A stretch of DNA of 64,000 nucleotides from Octopus sinensis (GCF_006345805.1 NC_043000.1:98084001-98148000), one strand, 5' to 3'; counted from the stretch's first letter, positions 1 to 14,069 are shown. Translations and numbers: made by a program. The notes: generated by a model from the sequence alone, not told the origin.

Positions 1-379
1 GTGGTAGGATGCAGGCTATGAGCTAGTTGAGAGAAGCAGAGACTTTTGTGGTAGGGGTAAAATAGGCAAAGGAGGAAAGGAGGGGATAGAGAGAGTAAGA
101 GCAACTGAAGGATAAGGTTTTAGTGGATTTTTTGCCCATCTTTAGGATGGCTAACATTTGGTTGTAAGCTAAGATGTTTGTGTATGATAGATGAAGGAGT
201 AGTATTTTATTGTATGAGTCTTGCATGACATTTGCATTGTATTCGAACTTGGATCTATCTACAAATCAGTTGTCTGACATTGAATCCACACAGCCATTAC
301 ATCTTCAAAGTGGAGAAGTTAAGGGCATTGGAGATGAAAAGAAAGGATGGTAGGGGATAAAGGCCAGGAAGAATGGATT

Positions 380-421
<42 letters not shown>

Positions 422-1380
422 TGCACTCATGACGCATGCACGCTCATACAAACAGACAGAGACAGAGGGTGTATATACAGAGAAAGGGAGAGAGAGTGGA
501 CAGATAAGCAATGAAAGATAGAAATTGGAAGGGATGGAAAAGAAGAGAAGGAAGAGGAAGGAGAGAGGGGTATCAGAGAAAGTGTATGAAGTGTAAAAGG
601 GTGAGATAAGTGTTAAGGCAAGATAATATGAGGGTGAAGGTAAAAATAACATCAAAAATGGGGATAGAATAAGAGGAGAGCAGCAGTGGTTTGTCAGCAG
701 ACATAGTTATTAAAAGCTTAACTTTCTTCCTCCTCCCAGGTCATTCTTCTCCTTGAAGGAAACCATCTGTTAATTTTCTTTCTTTTTTTTTTTTGTTTAG
801 CTAATTATCCAGTTGTTCAGACCATTATATTAGGACTTTTGCTGTTGTTGTTTAGCCCCGAGTCAGCCCTGACTGAGTTGACTTATTAATCAAAGTTATT
901 CCCATAGTGACCATCTTGTCTTATTTTTTCTTTTCTTTTAAACTCGTTTGATACAACCCTTCTGAGACTACCCCTGGTTGTTTGAAACAAACCTCCCTGT
1001 TTTAAAGTGATTTAAATTAAAACTTCCCATCAAAATTTCATGTTATAAATGCCAGCTTAATGACAAAGATACTTGGATCTTTGTGGTTATCGTCATTGCA
1101 TGCCGGAATCTTTTAAAAAATGTTTCTAATGTGTCATATAGATGTAATTTTTGATGCTGAATCTGAATTTGTTATTCATTTATTGACAGAAAAATTTTGC
1201 CAAAATATCGAAGGTGTTCAAAGCCAATCAAAAAACAGCACATTCATTGCCTCTTCATCATCTGTCACAGTAGTGAGAAAGAGGGGAGGGGGCACAGACA
1301 TGTCAAAACATTAAACTAGCTACAGTAAACAGTGAAAAACATTAAAAGATTTGCAAGCAAATTAAATATTTAAAAGCTAA

Positions 1381-1735
1381 GAGCGTGTGGTAAGTAGCTT
1401 GCTTACCAACCACGTGGTTCTGGGTTCAGTCCCACTGCTATAGCTTTGGGCCAACCAAAGCCTTGTGAGAAGATTTGGTAGACGGAAACTGAAAGAAGCC
1501 TGTTGTATATATATGTATATGTTTGTGTGTCTGTTTGTCCCCCTCCCGCTACCACCACCATCGCATGACAATTGATGCTGGTATGTTTACATCCCTGTAA
1601 CTTAGCAGTTTGGCAAAAGCAACCAATAGAATACGTACTAGGCTTACAAAAGAATAAGTCCTGTGGTCTATTTGTTCAACTAAAGGCGGTGCTCCAGCAT
1701 GGCCTCAGTCAAATGACTGAAACAAATAAAAGAGT
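1381..1735 (+). mobile_element. tRNA-derived SINE (octopus OR-type), family 1
   Basis: Head gtgtggtaagtagcttgcttaccaaccac...gggttcagtcccact, internal microsatellite, and tail ggcggtgctccagcatgg...actgaaacaaataaaagag. Colinear with the copy at 61189. Confidence 0.85.
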
Positions 1736-2380
1736 AAGCCAATAGAAGTTACTAGAAATAACAATCAAAACATTGCTTAAAACAAACATTAAAACAAACT
1801 CATGAACGAAAGTTTACAATACACTAGGATTTTATCAAATAAATTATCTTTCTCATATCTCCTTCTCCACATGAGTTCACAAAGATAAGAGTCAACCATG
1901 GAGCAGTGTGTCCCACACCATCATTTGTTTCTACACTTTAAAGACGCCCAGGTACTCTCAATTTATTGATTACACTCAATTTGGTGGTTACACTCCTTGT
2001 GCACATGTACAGCATCTTTGGTTACTATGGAAACAGAATTCTTCACAATCAGCTATGGAACACTTGGTGCTTCTTTGCTTAATATGTTAACAAAACTTCA
2101 TGGTGATGTGTAAAGTACTCACTTCTGATTGGTTAAATACCCAAGCTTTGCAAATTTTAAAGGCTAATTACTTTTTAATTATGAGTTTTTAAGAAAAATG
2201 AATTTCATTTTCATAATTAGTATACAAAACTTAATCCATATACCAAATTTTAAAACAATTGGGAGAAAATTGCAGACAGTGACAATAACCACAGAGATCC
2301 AGATACTTTACTAAATACTTCATTATTTTCAAAATTCATCAAAGACTGCATACTTTAGCATAAATATGATAATAAAATTG

Positions 2381-2690
2381 AAGGTGCATGGCTTAGTGGT
2401 TAGAGTGTCAAGTTCACAATCATAAAGTAGTGAGTTTGATTCCTGGATCAGGCTATTTCACATTGCTCCAGTTCACTCAGCTGAAGAAATGAGTAGTGAT
2501 GTCACTGGTGCTAAGCTGTATTGGTCTTTGTCTTTCCCTTGGATAACATCAGTGGCATGGAAAGGGGAGGCAGGTATGTATGGGCAACTGCTGGTCTTCC
2601 ATAAACAACCTTGCTTGGACTTGTGCTTTGGAGGGGGAACTTTCTAAGTGCAATCTCATGGTCATTCATGACCAAAGGGGATCTTTACCC
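2381..2690 (+). mobile_element. tRNA-derived CORE-like SINE, family 2
   Basis: Begins gaaggtgcatggcttagtggttagagtg (A box). Reverse-complement match to 5995-6337. Confidence 0.8.
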
Positions 2691-5600
2691 TAATATTTCT
2701 CCATGGCTGGACATATTTCCACATGACTGGAAATGAATGGCACCATTTTTATCACCACAATACTTTACAACTATCATGCAATATGAAGACAAGGACATAT
2801 GTCTTTGGCCTTTTTCTCACTGGTAAGGTCACAGCATTAGGGCTGAAACATGTAAAAGAATAAAAGAATATTTTTGTTGGGTATGTTTCAAGTGTATTTG
2901 GGCTGCTATCTCTAACATATTGAGATATCTCATTGGCTTATATCTTCTATTGTCCATAAATAGAGCATTTGTTGATGTTGTTATTGTTTTGCCCCAAGTC
3001 AGTTCTGATTTAGCACATCTACAATCAAAACTATTTTGGCCATAACTGTCCTGTTTGTTTTTTGTTTTGTTTATGTATAACTATATTAAAGTAGAGCATT
3101 GAGACACATTTTCAGGTATTTATTTTGTATTGTCCCCCCCACCCCCAGATATATATATTTGTTTAGATCCTGACATGAGAGATATATAATTAGTAAACTG
3201 TGATGTTTCTGTAACCTGTAAATTTGATTTAATTCAGCATGAAACAGCAGGGGAACCTCTCTATGGTCATTTGACCTGCTGGGAAAAGCAGCCAAATCTA
3301 CCTCCAAGAAGAAGACATTCGATGCTGTTGTCTTGCATTCCTTGTATGTAGGAAAAAGATGTAGAGGTCATAGCTAGAATGTATTTGATCATTTGTCTGC
3401 TCACTCAAGACTGATCTGAGGTTAAATGATTATAGATTATTTGAGGATCAAAAGATAGTCAAGCAGTATGTCTTCTTAGTTTGAGTGTATGGTTTAATGC
3501 TTAACTCCTGTTTCTTGATATGATGTGAGACAAATGGGAGATGAATTTCCTTGTGGATAGTACAGTAATCGAAATGATATCTGTAAACATTCTCATTTAC
3601 CTACTTAATCCTTTTGTTACCATATTTTTGTTAAAGTACACTGCCTTTGTTTTAGTAAATTTTGAAAATAATGAAGAATTTTGTAAAATAACTTTGTCAT
3701 TATTAATCTGTTTATTTTTATTATTATTTTTTTTTTTTTGAAAATACATTAACATAAAATTGTAATGGAAGGTTTTAATTTAGCTCACTTAAAAACATAG
3801 GATTTGTATCATAGAATGAATGGCTGTCTCAGTTGGGCTGATATGAAAAGGATTAAGACAGCTAGATGAACTGTAGAATTAAGTGCATTTCTCAAATCTA
3901 CAATGAAAAATGCTTGCAATGAATTTGAACTTAAGGTCTTTCACTTGGAAGCCTCAAATCATTACCACCTGGTCATTTCAAATCTGCTCTGTCAGCTGCA
4001 GAATATATTAGTAAATAATTAATTTTTCCAATGAAGTCGTCAAATTTCTCTTCAATAGTGAAAATAATTAGAAATAAATATGCAGTTAGGAAAAAATAAA
4101 TAAAACAATATTTTTCAACAACTGATTTTCATGTTACCTGGTAGTACAAAAGACAATTGTGAACATGTTTCGGTATAATATTGACTTTATCCAAGAAGCA
4201 TAGCTTTCATTATACTTGTAAAATATTGGTGAATTTATCACCTAATAAATATACAAGGTGTCCTGAGCGACAGGAGTTCAGGAATTTTGCAGAGTATAGA
4301 GTTACTCCTTAGTTACTATTACACTCAATTCTGCTCTGACATGGGGTGGTAGTACCTGTCAAGGGCTCCAGCTATGGTCACATAGAAGGTGATCCTGTGG
4401 TTAAGACACACTAGATTCAGTGGAGGGCTGGTGCTATAGACTTGTATCACATAAGCCTACAAGTGTGTGTACATGCTATGATATCATGTGAAGCAGTTCC
4501 CTTGCTCTGTGCCACAAAGGTGAGCTTGGGAGAGCAGGATTAAAGCAGAGTAAGCTGTAAATAAACCAATAGAAGGCAACAGGAAGCCATAGCAATATGC
4601 TTCCTAAGAAAAAGATCATGAACTTTTAGATTTGGGTATGGAGGTCCATGACCACTGACGCCTGTAGGTATGGCAAAGAGAGAGAGAGAGAGAGAGATAA
4701 TGAATGTAAAAAGCAAATGGATCTCTGCTGGGGTTGACAGTGAATGTTCAGTTGTTTGCTCAACTGAATTGCCTGCATGTTAAGTGGCTGAGTATTCCTC
4801 TGACTTGCAATTTTAATGTAATTCTTTGGCACAATAACTGCAATGCAGTTGGACACAGCTGGACCTTTAAATTACTGGTGCACTCTAACCGACACAGGGT
4901 TCCACTCGAAGAACGTGGGTCAACACAAAACTATAATAAAGGGACACATACCCACGATGTTACACATTGGCATTGAACTCAGAATCTTGTAACTGCAGAG
5001 CAAACAGCTTAACCATCTGGCCCTGCTACATCCTCACAATAAATGTACAATCTTGTATCGTCACCTAGTGATTCATTCAATACTACTTCACCAAGAATGG
5101 CAAAAGCTATGTCTCACTGTTGGAGTTAGAATAAGCAGAAACATTGGAGGTTGTCTGCTATACATAGAAATTAAACATATCAATCACTGACATTTTTGTT
5201 TATTATCATCATCATCATCATCATCATTATTATTATTATTAGATTTTTTTTTTCTCATCACATATTTCTAGTTAGCTTTTTAATTCTTCCTGCCTTAAAC
5301 ATGTTAACACTAACTATTAATTTTCTAGAGGATGGCATTTCTGTGCTGTTTAAATGAGAAATGTTTGCTGAGTATCTTTAACAACATAATTGCTAAGTTA
5401 CTGTCTCTAAATGGAACTGGTTGTTAATTTGCCTACTTAAAGTGAGGTTCATAGCAAATCCATCAAGCTGGTTGCTAGGCTACACTATTTGATGTGTTGA
5501 TTGTTAAAACTCCCAAACTAAAGATTTCATAGGAGATCCACCAAACTAAATCATTTAATTGTTAATTTAATTCAGTGTTTGCTAATCTGTGAATCTAAAT

Positions 5601-5914
5601 CTGAATTTTTTTGTTTTTTAATTAATCTAATTTTAAATATTACACATGTATGTGTGTGTATGTATTCATTAACATACATACACACATAGATGTATATGTA
5701 TGTTTGTGTGCATGTGTATATACAGTTGTAGTGTAAATGTGTATGTGTGCATATATGGTTATGGTTGTATATGTGCATGTATATATATACATATATATGT
5801 AAACCTAAAATTTAATTTTAACTTTCCATACCATCCCTTATAAGATATATATGTGTGTGTATGCATAAATATACATGCAATAAAGGATAGTGTATAAACT
5901 TAAAATTAAATTGT

Positions 5915-5923
5915 AAGTTGGTG

Positions 5924-6000
<77 letters not shown>

Positions 6001-6337
6001 AAGACCCCCTTCGGTCATGAATGACCATGGGATTGCACCTAGAAAGTTACCCTCCTAGACACAAGTCCGGGCAATGTTGTTTTATGGAAGACCAGCAGTC
6101 GCCCATGCATACCAGCCTCCCCTCTCCACGCCACTAGTGTTATCCAAGGGAAAGACAAAGGTCGATACAGCTTGGCACCAGTGACGTTGCAACTCATTTC
6201 TACAGCTGAGTGAACTGGAGCAACGTGAAATAAAGTGCCTTGCTCAAGAACACAACACGCAGCCTGGTCCGGGATTCGAGCTCACAACCTCACGATCGTA
6301 AGCTCGACGCTCTAACCACTGAGCCATGCGCCTTCAC

Positions 6338-6368
<31 letters not shown>

Positions 6369-6703
6369 AGCATAGACAAACGCAAATATAAAATTAGATT
6401 TCACCCATATTTGTGTGTACTTGAACATTCATCCTGATCCATGCTAGCATAGAGAAGTAGATATTAAAATGATATGCACACATGTATACATATGATATAT
6501 ATCTATGTATGGCTTATGTGTGTGTATGAATATATATACTTACACACACACACACATAATATTTCATCATAATCATCATTATCATTTACCTTTCATATTC
6601 ACTGCTAGCAAGGTTTGGACTGTCCAACAAGTTCCACCGAATGTAGGGGTTGGACTGGTTTCCAACACACACACCCATTCACTTCTGTCTATTCCTCTAT
6701 CTA

Positions 6704-6791
<88 letters not shown>

Positions 6792-6830
6792 CATACATAC
6801 ATACCTACATACATATATGTCTGTGTGTAT
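5915..6830. repeat. Representative compound microsatellite zone: (TATC)n, (TA)n, (CT)n, (CA)n
   Basis: Directly visible. Similar tracts throughout the window create the spurious YIYI, VCVC and SLSL ORFs in the track. Confidence 0.95.
5995..6337 (-). mobile_element. tRNA-derived CORE-like SINE, family 2 (young, CpGs retained)
   Basis: Minus strand reads gtgaaggcgcaTGGCTCAGTGGttagagcgtcgagcttacgatcgtgaggttgtgaGCTCGAATCCcgg, giving A and B boxes and a tRNA-like head. Inserted in a (TA)n tract. Confidence 0.85.
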
Positions 6831-7164
6831 GTATTATATCCATCCATTGTTGGACGATTCTCAATTAAGATGCGGTATTTTGTTAATTATTGCAGCCTTT
6901 TATCTATATATTTATTTTTATTTTTTGGTGTGTGTGTGCGTGTGTGTATTGCAATTAACTTATTGTGACTAATAGGGGAATTCTTTTATTTTCAGTTTTT
7001 TTGTTTCTTTTTTTTTTGCTTTGTTTCTGTTTTATTGTTATTTGTTTCTGGTGTTCAGTTTGCCATTTCCTCTGAATAAAAGTTTAGAAACCAACAGTTA
7101 GACAAAGTGAATAAAAAAGAAAAAAAAAAAAAGAAAAATGTATATTCCAACAAAACATTCAATG

Positions 7165-7198
<34 letters not shown>

Positions 7199-7689
7199 CA
7201 ACATAACAGAATCTTGCAGCTGCCAAATTATTATTTCTCCCACAGTCACCTCTCTTTTTCTCCATCCTTTTCTTTATCTCTTTATTATTTTGCTTCTCTT
7301 TTCCTTTCTCTGTTTTCCCCACTGTTTTCTCCTTTTTTTTTTTTCCATATAATTTTTCTAATCATTGTTATGAAAGCCAAGAATTAGTTGAGGAAGGAAA
7401 TGAGAGAGATTACCAATTACCAGAAAACAACATGGGTACATCTTTAAATAAGATATTGAATATATTTTAGGAGAGTTATCGTATTTTTCTGTCTTTTCTT
7501 TGAGCTTTATCTGTTGGGTTTTTTTTTTGTAATTGTTTAATTATTATTTTCATTTATTGTTTTTCTAGTTGTTTTGTGTTTTTTTTTTGTTTATTTGTTT
7601 AACCTTACATTAAACCAACTAATTCACTCCTGATATCAACTGACAAGGAATATAAGAATAACAATGTTATTTTAGATGCTAGCTTTTAA

Positions 7690-7830
7690 GAGATCAGCCT
7701 TCACTACTTCATCCAGTGTCTTCCTGGATCTCCCTTTTCTACAGGTTTCACTTACTTTATAGCATCTTCTGCTTGTCCCTGGCTTAAAACTACCTCTTCA
7801 CTCTTTCATACATTCCACCTACTTAGTCAA
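7690..7830 (-). mobile_element. RTE LINE RT C-terminal relic
   Basis: Minus strand translates RKGRSRKTLDEVVKADL, like the RTE RGRPKKTW..V..DL motif. Confidence 0.55.
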
Positions 7831-7949
7831 GTGGGCTTTTCCTCCCCCCCCCCTTTTCCTTATTCTTATCTCACAAGTTAATTAGCAACCTCACTAGTGC
7901 CAACAGCACAAAATAGAAGAAAAAAAAAAGAACAAAAAGCAGCATACAT

Positions 7950-8105
7950 TGTAAAGTGGTTGGCTTTAGGAAGGGCATCCAGGTGTAGAAACCGTGCCAA
8001 GGCTGACCTGGAGCATTATGTAATCTTATGGCTTATCAGATCTTTTCAGATCTGTCCAACCCATGCCAGCATGGAAAAAAGATAATGAATGAATGATGAT
8101 GATGA
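7950..8105 (+). mobile_element. RTE LINE 3' tail
   Basis: gtaaagtggttggc.ttaggaagggcatccag...ccaacccatgccagcatggaaa followed by (GAT)n. The same tail recurs at about 27670-27840, 44410-44595, 47510-47705 and, reversed, 20390-20570. Confidence 0.7.
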
Positions 8106-9264
8106 CTTTGCCATTGTTCTTATAGATGCTCTGTCTACTGCTGTAGAGCATTATGATTAAAAAAACATTTCATTCATGACCATTTTGTCTGTCTAGAATC
8201 ACATTACCTAATGTGTTCTTCCTGATTTTAGACAATAGGGCATGATTTGGGAGAAATTTAGCTTCTATTTCTGGCATATTGAGAGACCACATCAGGGTCT
8301 AATTTTATTCAGTTTGTATTCCTTTATTCTTTTACTTGTTTGAAGCATGGAATTGTGGCCATTATTGGATACTGCTTTGAAGGATGGTTTAGTCAATTAC
8401 ATTGACTCTAGTACTTGTTTTAAGAATGGTATTTATTGTGTTGTATTCTTTTTGCTGAACTTCTAAGATAAAGGGATAGAAACCAACCTGATCATCAAGT
8501 GGTGACAAATATATGCAACACAAAAATACATGCATGCACACAGACACACATACACACACATCAGGCTTCCTCACTGTTTCTATCTGCCAAATTCACTCGC
8601 TAAACATTAGGCATTCCAGTGCTATAGAATATGCTTGCCCAAGGTACCACATAGTATGATTGAACCTGAACCCGCATGGTTGAGGAGCAAACTTCTTAAC
8701 CACATAACCATACCTGCATCTATTAAAACAAAATTTATTTCCATAATTCATATCTCCTTCATGTTACTTAAAAGCTCTCCATCCTTTCTTTCATAAACGT
8801 CCTTATTAAACATAGGATAATCAACCTGTAATAAACAAAACGGTGTCACAGAATGTATTATTCAGCTTTAAATTGCTTGTTTTTTTTTGTTTTGTTTTGT
8901 TTTTATGTTATAAAACAGTTTTATTTCTGTTCAAACATCAATACAAAATGTAACATTAGCTTTATGGTAAACTTGACATATGTTTAAAAACAAATTGTTT
9001 GCTTAAAATACAACACTTTGCTAAGGCCTTCCAAGGTCACTTCCAGCTCTCATTTTTCTAAGTGATCCCTCCTTCCCACACAAATACTTCATATATTGTA
9101 CAATTGTAAAACATCCATCTATTTTGATTTGAACTTTACCCAGCCTTTAATATCTTGTAACAAATACCACAGCTGTTTGTGTGTGTGTGTGTGTTTGTAT
9201 CTATATGTGTGTGCATGTGAGAGAAAGAGCACATGAGTATATGTGTATGTTTGTATATACACAT

Positions 9265-9910
9265 ATCTTATCTTTTACTTGTTCCAGTCATTAGACTACG
9301 GCCATGCTCGGGCACTGCCTTGAAGAATTTTTAATCAAATGATTCGACCCCTGCACTTATTTTTTTAAAGCCTGGTACTTATTCTAGCGGTTGCAAAAAT
9401 GTAAACACACCAGTTGTCAAGTGGTGATGGGAGATAAATACACACACATACACATATGACAGGCTTCTTTCAGTTTCCCTTTACCTAGTCCACTCACAAG
9501 GCTTTGGTCAGCCCAAGGCTATAGTAGAAAACACTTGCCCAAGGTGTCATGCAGTGGAACTGAACCCAAAACCATGTGGTTGGGAAGCAAGCTTCTTACC
9601 ACATAGGAACATATCTTTTATTTTTTTTACTTGTTTCAGTAACTGGATCATGACCATGCTGGGGCACCACCTTAAACAGTTTTAGTCAAATAAATTGCTT
9701 ATTCTATCCTTCTCTTTTGCCAAACTATTAAAATTTGAGGACATAAACAAACAAACATCAGTTGTGAAGCAATGGTGGGGACAAGCACAAACACACATAC
9801 ATACATGACAGGCTTCTTTCAGTTTCTGCGTAAATCCACTCATAAGACTTTGATCGACCTGGGGTTATAGAAGGCACTTGCTAAAGTTGCTACACTGGGG
9901 GACTGAACCC
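9265..9910 (-). mobile_element. Two adjacent family-1 SINEs (minus strand)
   Basis: Reverse complements of the family-1 head and tail at about 9265-9605 and 9615-9910. Confidence 0.75.
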
Positions 9911-10207
9911 AGGACCCCTTAGTTGGCAAGTAACATGTGTTTGAACAACAGAGACAAGTAAGAGTATATTAACATGTTAATCACCACATGTATCGCTTGT
10001 GCTTCATCAGAAACATCACACAAGTTCCAGTAAAAGAGCATAACAGTTAACATGCTAAATAACATTCAAGATAAGTTCTTGGTTTATTAAAATGATCTCT
10101 GCTTCTAGAGAGAGTAGGCCAGTCACTTCATGGCTATTGGCACCAAACTCTAAATGAGAAGGGGAGATAACCTAAAGAATCAAGATTTCTATAAAATTGA
10201 CATGCCA

Positions 10208-10422
10208 TTAATCCTTTCATTACCATATTTCTGTTGAGATACTCTGTGTTTCTTTCAATTAATTTTAAATATAACAAAGAATTTAGTAAAATAACTTAGT
10301 TATCATTAAGCTATTGTTAGGAACATAAATTGTGACTAAGGTTTGGTGGAAGATTTTGAAAACAAGACATTTGTACTACAGAGCTAGAGGTGGTTTCAGC
10401 CGGGTTGGTATCAAAAGGTTTT
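10208..10422 (+). mobile_element. TTAA-flanked MITE family M1 (piggyBac-like ends)
   Basis: ttaaTCCTTTCATTACCA...TGGTATCAAAAGGTT. Homologous to 21185-21413 (reversed) and 53888-54075 (truncated), with fragments near 960-1060, 3605-3700, 11340-11440 and 22030-22190. Confidence 0.7.
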
Positions 10423-10526
10423 AGAGATATGAGGGCAGCTGTGAGCATGTGGTTCTGCCTCAACAGGCATCATCAGCAAAGTGACTGTACTGCCTTATCT
10501 CCAGCAGACAGGACACTTATACGTAT

Positions 10527-10564
<38 letters not shown>

Positions 10565-10692
10565 GAGTGTATTTTTACCTTGTTAACAATTAACACGGAA
10601 AAAATAAATAGTTACCAGGGTAGCAAAATTTTCAAAACATGTGTCGAAAGTAAAAATATTTGATTTACACTGCGTTAAACTCCATTTATTTA

Positions 10693-10735
<43 letters not shown>

Positions 10736-13574
10736 GTAGAACACATTGACTAGATAATTTGCATAAATGAAATGAATCTAAGAGAAATAACTCATGAGTG
10801 GCCAGTGGCATGTATTTGATACATAAATACATAGTCTTGGACAGATAGATACACGTGTGTGTGTGTGTGTGTATCCATACACACACACACACAAACTCAC
10901 ACACTTATTGTAAGTAATTCAAGCAGTTAATCCATTGTCCAAATACTTATAAGGCAATACTATCAGTCTGCTTCTTGCAAACTTGGACATTTTTTCACAG
11001 CTTCTGCTGAGGGAGTCTTCACATGGTTGCTCAATTTGCCAAATATCCTTCCAGCCAGACTTTGCTATTTTAAGGAGAAAAAAAAATTTTATAAAAAAAA
11101 AAAGAAAGAAAAAACTAGCAAGCAAAAACCTCACAAGTACATTTATTAATGTATTGCTAGTTACACTCCTTCTGAAAGAAGAATACTGGATGGTCATGGA
11201 TTTGATCATATATCTTCTTGATCAAAGCCTAGCTTGGGCTCTATCAAACAGACACTAGAGGCTGAGAACTTCCTGCTTCGGTGTCACTTTTAAATCTCTT
11301 TCTATAAATGCTTTATTGTCATAAAAATTAGGAACTACATATTTTAAACTTCTTTTATTACCATATTCCTGCTGAAATACATTGCTATTATTTCAGTTAA
11401 TAAAAAAAAGAGAATTTAGTAAAATAATCTTGCTATTATTAAGCTGGCAGAATTGTTAGCATGCCAGGCAAACTTCTTAGTGGCATTTTGTCTGTCCATA
11501 TGTTCTGAATTCAAATTATGCTGTGTCAACTTTGCCTTTCATCCTTTCAGGGTTGATAAAATAAGTATCAGTTGAGCACCAAGGTCGATGTAATTAACTT
11601 AACTAATCCTGGGAAAGAGTATAAAAAAACTGCACCCCTCTGCCAAGCCATGTCAAGTCAGTGTGGCAGAGAAGGCTCATAAAACCAGCATGATCTTAAG
11701 CTCAAATTCACAATCTCCACATCAGTCCATGATTGGTAGAGAAAACATGCTGATGCCTTCGTTCTGCAGTGGATTGAACATAGGCAATCCAATCCAACCT
11801 AAGCTGGTATTTGAAACATAAATTAACGTAAAATTTCAATGAAAAGTGTTAACTTAAATATCTTCAAAACAAAAAGTTTGCAACTAAGAACCAGGAGTAA
11901 TCCCAAGCATATTGGTATCAGAAAAGTTAAGCCCTAATTTTGAAATACCTAGTATCATTTTTCTTCTACAATGAAATGATAATAGGGATGATCATGATCA
12001 CCAGCATTTCATTTTACTGTTAAAACCCTTCTAAAAGTTTGCTAAGTAAACTTGACTGTGATGATGGTGGTGATAGCACTAGTAATCATTTAAATACCTC
12101 ACCACAAACATGATATGAGGTTGTGAGGACACCTTTATGTAGTAGCTTGACCTGATAGAAACAGACCTAAATCTCCCTTGAACCACATCCTACCATCATA
12201 AGAAAAAAAAACAACCAAGAAAGAAACTTTAGATAATGTAGTCTTAGATACACTATTTCCAAATATGAAAATGAATGGTCACAGCTGGAACATCTTTCAT
12301 CACAGGTTTGCACAATCAGGGCCAACCTGGAAGGCTTAACAACAATGGTAACAACAACAAAAATTATGTGAAATGTAAAGTTGGCCCAAGAAATTCCATT
12401 GTCTGAAGAAGCATTCATTATTATTCAATGGACAGAAAAATTGTATGAAAACAATAAAATTTATTCTGTGAAACCAATTACCAAACTAATGTGAAACACA
12501 GAAATTGTCCTCAAGCAACTCTGCTAATAAATTACACATGAGATTGAGGAAGAGACAGGGAGGGAGTAAGTGAGAGTTCCAGTGATTATTTGATAAAGAT
12601 TGTATTTTTTACCATTTTTTGTTTTCTTAGTTGTGTTCATAGTGGGATAACTTAATTCACTGTTTACAAACTTTCTTGTTTCTGTCTCTATTACTACTTT
12701 TTTTTATATTTTAACAAGTTCTTAATCTCGTGATTCATTGTTGTGGTGGCAGTGGATACGATAATGATGGTGGCAGCTGTTGTTGTTGTTGTTGTTATTT
12801 AACCCCAGGTCAGCTCTGATCAAGCAGACTTTTATCTGATCATAGGCTGTCCAACCAAGACCATTGCCTCTCTACAGAGCATGGTCTTGGCTAGACTACC
12901 TTCAGAGCATGTGTTTTGTTTCAGTTGTTAAGCAACACAAAGCCAACAACAACAATAGTGAAGTTGAATGCACCAGTTCTTGTCTGATAACAAAGTTAAG
13001 CAACATTGAGCTGAGTGAGTACTTAGATGGATGACCACTTTGAGAAACCTAGGTGCTAGAAGCATCTCACTCTAACAGTGGTGCCCAAACATGCCTGCAG
13101 CTCTGGGCTGAAACTAGTTAAAGAGTAACTGTCATTAGAATGTTAGATAGATTTGTTCTGACTCTCTGCCTGCTGAGTTCAAATCCTACTGAAGCCAGCT
13201 TTCTTCCTTTCAAGGCTGATAAAAAAAAAAAAAAGGAAGTACCAATCTACATTAATGAATTGGTAGAATTGTTAGAGGTCTGTCTCATTGATTTATTTGC
13301 TCTGTTACAGGCTGAAGGTTCCCAACTAGTCACATACCATTTCAGTGTTATTATCTGTACATATTCATTGATATAGACATGACTGTGTTGGTAAGAGGTT
13401 TACTTTGCAGATGCACTGTTTCAGGCAGGCTCTGTCCCACTGCACGATGCCTTGGGCAGGTGTCTTCTACTGTAGCCTGTGCTATGAGTGAATCTGGTAA
13501 ACAGAAGCTGTGCAGGATTATATATATATAAATATATACACACACACACACACACACACGTGACAGGCACAGCC

Positions 13575-13965
13575 CCATCTTTGTGGTAAGAAGTTTGCTT
13601 CCCAACCTCATGATTTTGGGTTCAGTCCAAATCCAAAGCACTTTGAGCGAGTGTTTTCTATGGCCTTGGGCCAACCAAAGCCTTGTGAGTGAATTTGGAA
13701 GCTAAAATATAAAAGAAACCATCCTCTATCTCTCTCTTTCTCTCTTTTTATGTGTTTGTGTGCATGTGTGTGCACACTCACATGCATATATGTCTGTTTG
13801 CATTTCCTTGTATTGACATTGCGTAATTATTGTAAATGAATGTCATCCATTTCCTGTACTCTGCAAAAACATTTTTGGCCATGGTGAAATATTACCTTTC
13901 TTGGAAACAAGTATCAGGCTGGCAATAGGATGGGAAGTATGGAAAAGTGGACATCAAAACAATAA
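13575..13965 (+). mobile_element. SINE with family-1 head, microsatellite body and RTE-like tail
   Basis: Head gtggtaagaagtttgcttcccaacc and tail gtatggaaaagtggacatcaaaacaataatgatg. Similar to 37870-38265. Confidence 0.65.
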
Positions 13966-14069
13966 TGATGTACTCTGTATGTGTGTAGTTTGTCTCTCAC
14001 TGCTTGATAATTATTGATGGTTTGTTTATTTCCCTCATATCTAAGCAGTTCAGTAAAAAGAAGAAAATA

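Noticed and set aside
305-655. 116-aa minus-strand ORF and similar low-complexity ORFs (6505-6972, 15575-16009, 29092-29523, 46107-46391)
   Set aside because: They are translations of microsatellites and purine/pyrimidine tracts, with no splice context or family motif.
1908-2090. Hydrophobic or Cys-rich readings on either strand as an exon
   Set aside because: No convincing acceptor/donor pair in a phase that fits exon A, and no resemblance to the expected N-terminal region.
6265-6337. tRNA-like sequence as a tRNA gene (also 60830-60898 and 61189-61265)
   Set aside because: Each continues into a SINE body with dispersed copies and lacks a proper acceptor stem, so these are SINE heads.
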